In this document: in pieces, positions 58,751 to 64,000 of the stretch | How positions within the stretch are numbered: the stretch's first letter is position 1 | Layout of the letters: each line of letters begins with the position of its first letter | NCBI GenBank assembly: GCA_963790145.1 | Contig: CAWBNN010000002.1 | Location: forward strand, 136,444-200,443 | Length of the DNA stretch: 64,000 nt | Source of the DNA: an uncultured Actinomycetota bacterium | Lineage (GTDB): Bacteria; Actinomycetota; Actinomycetes; Propionibacteriales; Nocardioidaceae | Direction of reading: 5' to 3' | Notes under the pieces: generated by a model | Databases searched by the model: none | The model's input: the letters and a program-made list of their open reading frames with translations, nothing else | What the model was told of the DNA's origin: nothing | Program-made: the position numbers and the translations under genes

Positions 58751-59362
58751 ATGCAGATCCCCCGGACCCGCGGCTTCTACGTGGCGGTCGTCATCTTCGT
58801 GCTCACGTTCATCCAGCTGGTGATCGGCACGTTCGCCGGCCTCGAGCAGTTCGAAGGCAAGGGTTTCGCTTACCGACTTCCGGCATACCCGGCGATGATG
58901 CTGGTCGTCCCGCTGGTCTGGTGGTGGCGGACCCGCGAGCGTACGCCGATCGATCAGCTGCCGTGGGGCGCGTTCGCGCTGATCATGTCGCCGTTCCTCG
59001 TCGACGTCTCGGGCAACACCGTCGACCTCTACGACTCGGTCGACTGGTGGGACAACGCCAACCACTTCTTCAACTGGCTGCTGCTGCTCTGGGGCTGCGG
59101 CCTGCTGCTGCGCCTCATCTGGTCCGGCCCAGCGTGGGGACTCATCCTGACGATCACCGGTCTCGGCGCTCTCTTGGCGGTGGGCTGGGAACTCGGCGAG
59201 TGGTACACCTTCATCCGCCGCGGCACCGAGCTCGATGGCGCATACGAGGACACGCTCAGCGACGAGTTGCTCGGCACGTTGGGTGGGCTGATCGCTGCCG
59301 TGATCGTCGGCCGCAAGCATCACGCCGACGAGGAAGTCGAGGACGTCGCCTCGGTGGTTTGA
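58751..59362 (+). CDS. Membrane protein (DUF2238/YjdF-like)
   Basis: LYDSVDWWDNANHF, WELGEW, DTLSD. Confidence 0.8.
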   Translation: MQIPRTRGFYVAVVIFVLTFIQLVIGTFAGLEQFEGKGFAYRLPAYPAMMLVVPLVWWWRTRERTPIDQLPWGAFALIMSPFLVDVSGNTVDLYDSVDWWDNANHFFNWLLLLWGCGLLLRLIWSGPAWGLILTITGLGALLAVGWELGEWYTFIRRGTELDGAYEDTLSDELLGTLGGLIAAVIVGRKHHADEEVEDVASVV

Positions 59363-59378
59363 TCCGGGCAGGCCGACA

Positions 59379-59398
59379 GAGCCCGGTTGGACGGGCTC
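59379..59398. terminator. Short hairpin between convergent genes
   Basis: GAGCCCG-gttgga-CGGGCTC. Confidence 0.45.
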
Positions 59399-60707
59399 AG
59401 GCGGCCGTTGAGGTGGATGTTTCGGCGCGGAATCGTTGGTTCCGCAATGGCCTTCGCCTGGGGTCGATCGAGGCCGGCGGAATGTATTCGGGATAGCCGT
59501 CATCCGCGAACCGGATCTCCCACTCGTCAGCGTGAACCACCCGATGGTGATGGGCGCAGATCAGCACGATGTCACCCAGGTCGGTCGCCCCACCCTTGGC
59601 CCAATGCTTGCGGGCGTGGTGGCCGACGCACCACGATGGCGGCCGATCACACCCAGGGAAGCTGCAGCCGCGGTCGCGCCTTTCGGCGGCGCGTCGCTGG
59701 GCCCGGTTGAACAGGCGCTGCTCGCGGCCGCAGTCGAGCGGGAGCGGCTTGCCGTTGAAGACCATCGGCAACAATCCGTGCTCACACGCCATCCGCCGGG
59801 CCTCATAGACCGAGACCCGGCAGCCCGTGGAGAGCGTGCCGCCCTTGAGCCCGTCGATGAGACTCTCGAGGTCGATGTTGACCGTCACCGTCACGCCGAC
59901 ACCCGCGGTGTCGGGAAGCTTGTCGGCCGGCAGGTGCTCGATCAGCGTGCAGAATGCGCCGGCCATCTGCTGACCGTAGGTCGGCTTGTCGTCAAGGACC
60001 GCCAGCGCCGGATCGTCCTCAGCCTTCTTGACCTGGGGCGCGTTGAGCGCCTGCAAGGCATTCTTGAGCATCTCGCCCTGCGCCTCGGGGATGACGAACT
60101 CGCCCTTGTAGGTGCCGTCCTTGCGGTCAGCCATCCAGAAGAAGGAGTTCTTGCGCGCCTTGGCCTCCCGCTGGGCGAGCGTCTCGTTCTCATGCGCGTC
60201 GACCTCGTCGGGCGCGAAGGTCTCCGTGATGCGATCGGCCCTGCGGCTCAAGTCCTTGAGGCTGAGCTTCTTGGCGTCGTCGAGCAGCTGGGTCTCGCAA
60301 CCCTCACGCTGCGCCTCGGTCGGGTCGCCGGGCAGGTCCTTGACCTTGTCGGCGATCAGCTCAGCCTGCGCGAGCGACACCTCCCCGCGGGCCAGCGCCT
60401 GTTGAGTCGCGGACAGGTCTTCAATCTTCTTGGCCTGCTTGAGCAGCCTGGCCGCGGCCGCGGGGTCGCCGCCGAAGCCGTTGGCGATCATCGCGCCGGT
60501 CGAGGCCGCACCGATCGTCGACGCGGCCTCGGAGCGATCCGCTGCGGCGGCAGCTGCCAGCTGGTGCGCCTTGACCCGCGACTCCAGCCGACCCAGCGCT
60601 TCGCATGCCGCGATCTGCTCGTGGGCGCTCATCCCCGCGTACGCGTCGACCCCGATCGCATCCAGCATCCCCGCGACATCGGCGAGGGTGGGCGGCTGAT
60701 CGAACAT
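59397..60707 (-). CDS. DUF222 (13E12-repeat family) HNH endonuclease
   Basis: ARRMAC, PLD.GR..RLF, RDRGCSFPGC..P..WC..HH...W..GG.T......LICAHHH. Confidence 0.92.
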   Translation of the reverse strand: MFDQPPTLADVAGMLDAIGVDAYAGMSAHEQIAACEALGRLESRVKAHQLAAAAAADRSEAASTIGAASTGAMIANGFGGDPAAAARLLKQAKKIEDLSATQQALARGEVSLAQAELIADKVKDLPGDPTEAQREGCETQLLDDAKKLSLKDLSRRADRITETFAPDEVDAHENETLAQREAKARKNSFFWMADRKDGTYKGEFVIPEAQGEMLKNALQALNAPQVKKAEDDPALAVLDDKPTYGQQMAGAFCTLIEHLPADKLPDTAGVGVTVTVNIDLESLIDGLKGGTLSTGCRVSVYEARRMACEHGLLPMVFNGKPLPLDCGREQRLFNRAQRRAAERRDRGCSFPGCDRPPSWCVGHHARKHWAKGGATDLGDIVLICAHHHRVVHADEWEIRFADDGYPEYIPPASIDPRRRPLRNQRFRAETSTSTAA

Positions 60708-60715
60708 GTGTTCTA
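60700..60715. promoter_or_regulatory. LexA (SOS) box over the HNH start codon
   Basis: TCGAACATGTGTTCTA versus consensus TCGAAC-N4-GTTCGA. Confidence 0.8.
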
Positions 60716-60809
60716 GTCAACCAGAGATCCGTCGGCATGGCAAGACCTGCAAGCACACTTTTTCGTTGTCATTGCAGCAGTTATCGGACCTTCGACTGTG
60801 CCCAGTCCC

Positions 60810-60831
60810 AGCCTACAGACAGGCTCTGACA
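60810..60831 (-). promoter_or_regulatory. RecA-NDp/PafBC-type promoter upstream of HNH gene
   Basis: Minus strand TGTCAGAG-N8-TAGGCT. Confidence 0.6.
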
Positions 60832-60879
60832 CCCCCTCCCCGACCCGGATCCAGCTGGGGACAACGCAGTTTGCAGTGA

Positions 60880-60912
60880 CCCTTGCCGGACCCCGTGCTG
60901 GTCAGGCAAGGG
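60880..60912 (-). terminator. Hairpin after second vapC
   Basis: CCCTTGCC..GACC/GGTC..GGCAAGGG. Confidence 0.55.
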
Positions 60913-60916
60913 CATT

Positions 60917-61333
60917 TCAGGACCACGGATTGATCACTGTGAGCCCGACCGCTTCGAAGGGCTGTACGTCCCTGGTCGCCACGGCGAAGCCGTGGTGGCG
61001 GGCGGTCGCGGCGATCTGGCCGTCCGCGACCGAGACAGCGACTCCTTGACGGCGGGCGCGTGCCATCAGAACTGCATAGGTCAGAGCCACGTCGGAGTCG
61101 AAGTCCAGGACCCGGCCGCGGAACGTGTCAGCCACGACCGATCCGACAGCAGACCTCAGCTCACCCTTGCGGCGTCCGTCAGACAACAGCTCGACACCCA
61201 GCATGAGCTCGGCGACGGTGATGACTGACAGATAGAGCGTCTCGGGCGCCTGCCGGTTGAGCCACTCACGTACGCGCTCATCGTGAGCCGACCGGAGCGG
61301 CTCTGAGATCACGTTCGTGTCAACGATGATCAC
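60917..61333 (-). CDS. vapC: PIN-domain toxin (VapC/FitB)
   Basis: MIIVDTNVISE, DGQIAA, ATRD..PF, INPW. Confidence 0.94.
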   Translation of the reverse strand: MIIVDTNVISEPLRSAHDERVREWLNRQAPETLYLSVITVAELMLGVELLSDGRRKGELRSAVGSVVADTFRGRVLDFDSDVALTYAVLMARARRQGVAVSVADGQIAATARHHGFAVATRDVQPFEAVGLTVINPWS

Positions 61334-61569
61334 CGCAGATCCGGCGCTTCTGCCTCTGTGGCATCCCTGACGACATCGAGTTCGACGCCGCCGACGCCGG
61401 CCCCGACCTTGGCCAGCAGGTCGCCGAGACCCTCGTGCGCTCGCGGCCTGACCGCTTCGCCCAGGATCTCGCGGATCTCAGCCTCGGTGCTGCGGCCATT
61501 GCGCGCTGCCCGCGCTTTGAGTGCCCGGTGCGTCTCGTCCGGCAGATTTCTGATCGTTACCGCTGCCAT
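61330..61569 (-). CDS. FitA-like ribbon-helix-helix antitoxin
   Basis: VTIRNLPDETHRALKARAARNGRSTEAEIREIL. Confidence 0.92.
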   Translation of the reverse strand: MAAVTIRNLPDETHRALKARAARNGRSTEAEIREILGEAVRPRAHEGLGDLLAKVGAGVGGVELDVVRDATEAEAPDLR

Positions 61570-61581
61570 GCTCGCCCTCCC

Positions 61582-61612
61582 GGTGATATCACTTAGGCTC
61601 AATGATATCACC
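61582..61612. promoter_or_regulatory. FitAB-type operator
   Basis: GGTGATATCA-N11-TGATATCACC inverted repeat. Confidence 0.75.
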
Positions 61613-62279
61613 AGCCGCCACGGTAATCCCCATGATCTTCCGGCTCACGCCAGACTGTCACTTGCACCGGGTTGAGTCGCGCCGCGATGGCTTCGTCCAA
61701 GCTCTCATGCCGGCCGTCAGTGACGTCTTCCAACAGGCGATCAACAAGGTGCTCGACGAGATCGAGTGTCACCGTGCACGAAACCATCCCGGTGCGAGCC
61801 AGCGGCGGTGCAGCATCGTCCTGCGAGTACGCGTGGCCGACGGCCTTGTCGATTGCCCTGAAGTCATCGCGCTGCAGGCAGCTCCGCTGTGACGCCGCAA
61901 GCCGCAGGAATGTCTGCAGGCGTCGGGCCACCGCCCGGTGGGTACGACGCTGGGCGCCCGGTGGCGGCAGCCACGGGGCTGCCAGGAACGCCGGGAACAC
62001 GCGAATGAACGACACCAGGCCTAGTGACGAAAGGAGTGCTTCGTCTCCGACCTCTCGGCGCTGGGTGGCGAGGTGCGCTGCCAGCTCGGCACCGAGCCTC
62101 GGGCCGACATCCACGTTCGCCGTGAAGCTCGACAAATCATCGGCAACCTGCACATACCGCTGCACCGTCTCCTCGTTGCGTCCCTCACTCTGGTCGATGA
62201 CGAACTGCCGCATCTCTGCGGCGAGGTCCTGCCCCGAGGATGGGGTGGCGGTCACGTACACGGATTCGAGCCTGTCCAT
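61608..62279 (-). CDS. Hypothetical protein, paralog of 41787-42302, with possible C-terminal RHH
   Basis: TAGCGT -10 just upstream; EGR...TVQRY motif shared with paralog. Confidence 0.7.
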   Translation of the reverse strand: MDRLESVYVTATPSSGQDLAAEMRQFVIDQSEGRNEETVQRYVQVADDLSSFTANVDVGPRLGAELAAHLATQRREVGDEALLSSLGLVSFIRVFPAFLAAPWLPPPGAQRRTHRAVARRLQTFLRLAASQRSCLQRDDFRAIDKAVGHAYSQDDAAPPLARTGMVSCTVTLDLVEHLVDRLLEDVTDGRHESLDEAIAARLNPVQVTVWREPEDHGDYRGGW

Positions 62280-62372
62280 CCATCGACGCTAGGGCCACGT
62301 CGGGCCGGCGTCCTCCGTCAGAGTGCTCGCTGTGGATGCCGACGCGTTCGGCGAACTGCTGTGGACGAAGCA

Positions 62373-64000
62373 CTAAGCCGACGCGGACCCGCCCGCAGAC
62401 GAGCGGCCGGCTTCGAGGCGCGCGACGGGTACGCGATAGGGCGAGCACGACACGTAGTCGAGTCCGATCTCGTCGAAGAAGTGGATCGACGCCGGGTCTC
62501 CCCCGTGCTCGCCGCACACACCGAGGTGCAGGTCGGGGCGCGCCTTGCGGCCCACCTTGACCGCGTGCTCCACGAGCAGGCCGACGCCCTCGACGTCGAG
62601 CGACTCGAACGGCGACACCGGGAAGATCCCCTTGTCGAGGTACGTCGAGAAGAACGACGCCTCCACGTCATCGCGCGAGAACCCCCACGTCATCTGCGTC
62701 AGGTCGTTGGTGCCGAACGAGAAGAACTCCGCCGACTTCGCGATCTTGTGAGCCACCGCCACCGCACGGGGCAGCTCGATCATCGTGCCGACCATGAACG
62801 TCAGCTTGTTGCCGGTCTCCTGCTCCACCTCAGCAGCCACGGCGAGGATCTCGGCCTTCATCAGCTCGAGCTCCTGCGGGGCGCCGACCAGCGGGATCAT
62901 GATCTCCGGCCGCGGGTCTCCCCCGGCGGCCGTACGCAGAGCAGCAGCCTCGAGGATCGCCCGCGCCTGCATCGTGAACAGGCCGGGTATGACGATCCCG
63001 AGGCGTACGCCGCGCAGCCCCAGCATCGGGTTCTCCTCGTGCAGCCGGGCGACCGCAGCGAGCAGCTTGACCGTGCGGGGGTTGTCCTCGTGGTGCTCCT
63101 CCTCGAGCGCGACCTGCACGGAGAGCTCGGTGTAGTCGGGCAGGAACTCGTGCAACGGCGGGTCGAGCAGCCGGATCGTGACCGGCAGCCCGTCCATCGC
63201 CTCGAGGATGCCGACGAAGTCGTCGCGCTGCATCGGCAGCAGCGCGCCGAGCGCCTCCTGCTGCTCCTCGGGCGACTCGGCCAGGATCAGGTGCTCGACG
63301 TACTCGCGCCGCTCGCCGAGGAACATGTGCTCGGTGCGGCACAGCCCGATGCCCTGCGCGCCGAACCTGCGGGCCCGCGCGGCGTCGTCCGGGGTGTCGG
63401 CGTTGGCCCGCACGGCCAGCCTGCGTACGCCGTCGGCGTGGTCCATCAGCGCCGTCACCGCCTGCACCAGCTCGTCGTCGTCCGCGGCCTCGTCGCCCTC
63501 GAAGTGGCGTACGACCAGGGAGTCGACCACGTCGACGGCGCCTTCGAAGATCTCGCCGGTGGTGCCGTCGATCGAGATGACGTCACCCTCGGCGATGACC
63601 GTGCCGTCGGCGGCCTTGAACCGGCCCGCCTCGGTGTCGACGTCGAGCCCGTCGGCGCCACACACGCACGTACGCCCCATGCCGCGCGCCACGACGGCGG
63701 CGTGCGAGGTCTTGCCGCCGCGACTCGTCAGGATGCCCTTGGCGGCGACCATGCCGGACAGGTCGTCGGGGTTGGTCGTGCGGCGCACGAGGATGACGTC
63801 GTCGCCGTTGGCCGCCCACTCGACGGCGGTCTGCGAGTCGAACACCGCCTTGCCCACCGCGGCACCCGGCGAGGCGTTCATGCCCTTGCCGATCAGGTGC
63901 CGCTCGGCGTCGGCGTCGAACCGCGGGAACATCAGCTGCGCCAGCTGCTCGCCGGTCACCCGGTCGACCGCCTCGTCGAGGTCGATGATGCCCTCGGAGG
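62373..64000 (-). CDS. ppdK: Pyruvate, phosphate dikinase, 5'-truncated by window edge
   Basis: GGKTSHAAVVARG, GLCRTEHMF, ENPMLGLRG, FSFGTNDLTQ, CGEHGGDP. Confidence 0.97.
   Translation of the reverse strand, partial: SEGIIDLDEAVDRVTGEQLAQLMFPRFDADAERHLIGKGMNASPGAAVGKAVFDSQTAVEWAANGDDVILVRRTTNPDDLSGMVAAKGILTSRGGKTSHAAVVARGMGRTCVCGADGLDVDTEAGRFKAADGTVIAEGDVISIDGTTGEIFEGAVDVVDSLVVRHFEGDEAADDDELVQAVTALMDHADGVRRLAVRANADTPDDAARARRFGAQGIGLCRTEHMFLGERREYVEHLILAESPEEQQEALGALLPMQRDDFVGILEAMDGLPVTIRLLDPPLHEFLPDYTELSVQVALEEEHHEDNPRTVKLLAAVARLHEENPMLGLRGVRLGIVIPGLFTMQARAILEAAALRTAAGGDPRPEIMIPLVGAPQELELMKAEILAVAAEVEQETGNKLTFMVGTMIELPRAVAVAHKIAKSAEFFSFGTNDLTQMTWGFSRDDVEASFFSTYLDKGIFPVSPFESLDVEGVGLLVEHAVKVGRKARPDLHLGVCGEHGGDPASIHFFDEIGLDYVSCSPYRVPVARLEAGRSSAGGSASA

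Noticed and set aside
60713-60772. 19-aa Cys-rich ORF MTTKKCACRSCHADGSLVD in the HNH leader (minus strand)
   Set aside because: No convincing RBS, atypical codons, length compatible with chance
48854-62279. Prophage or integrative element
   Set aside because: No integrase, att repeats, or structural or conjugation genes; includes core-like gntP and aztD, so treated as a mosaic hotspot

Overview
High-GC actinobacterial chromosome segment. Gene content and order suggest Nocardioidaceae, possibly Aeromicrobium (inference). About 65 CDSs. The core blocks are: the end of sulfite reductase plus sirohydrochlorin chelatase, ppk2, msrB, hemE-hemG-hemQ opposite DUF3000-rnd, secDF, cbs-metB, rmuC, tgt with a queuosine-precursor transporter, a menJ-like reductase, xthA, InhA protease, cspA, a PASTA kinase, trxA, a SNF2 helicase, gntP and the 3' part of ppdK. 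A mosaic accessory zone at ~41.8-62.3 kb holds two fitAB toxin-antitoxin pairs, a stand-alone WYL protein, two different phytases, a kinase/FHA module, orphan aztD, a DUF3883 nuclease fusion, a DUF222-HNH gene and two paralogous unknown helical proteins. No rRNA, tRNA, CRISPR array or integrase was seen. Best leads: (1) an ~84-nt structured RNA with its own promoter (10052-10135) directly behind an uncharacterised helical protein gene, a candidate undescribed RNA-protein system; (2) a RAPP-type ribosome-arrest leader peptide upstream of secDF; (3) strong over-use of the palindrome CGTACG, which overrides codon preference; (4) a DUF6318-lipoprotein/PKD-like gene pair with intact ends and a scrambled core. 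Several frameshifts (14.7-15.2 kb, ~15935, ~51610) may be assembly errors. All calls come from reading the sequence only; no searches were run.
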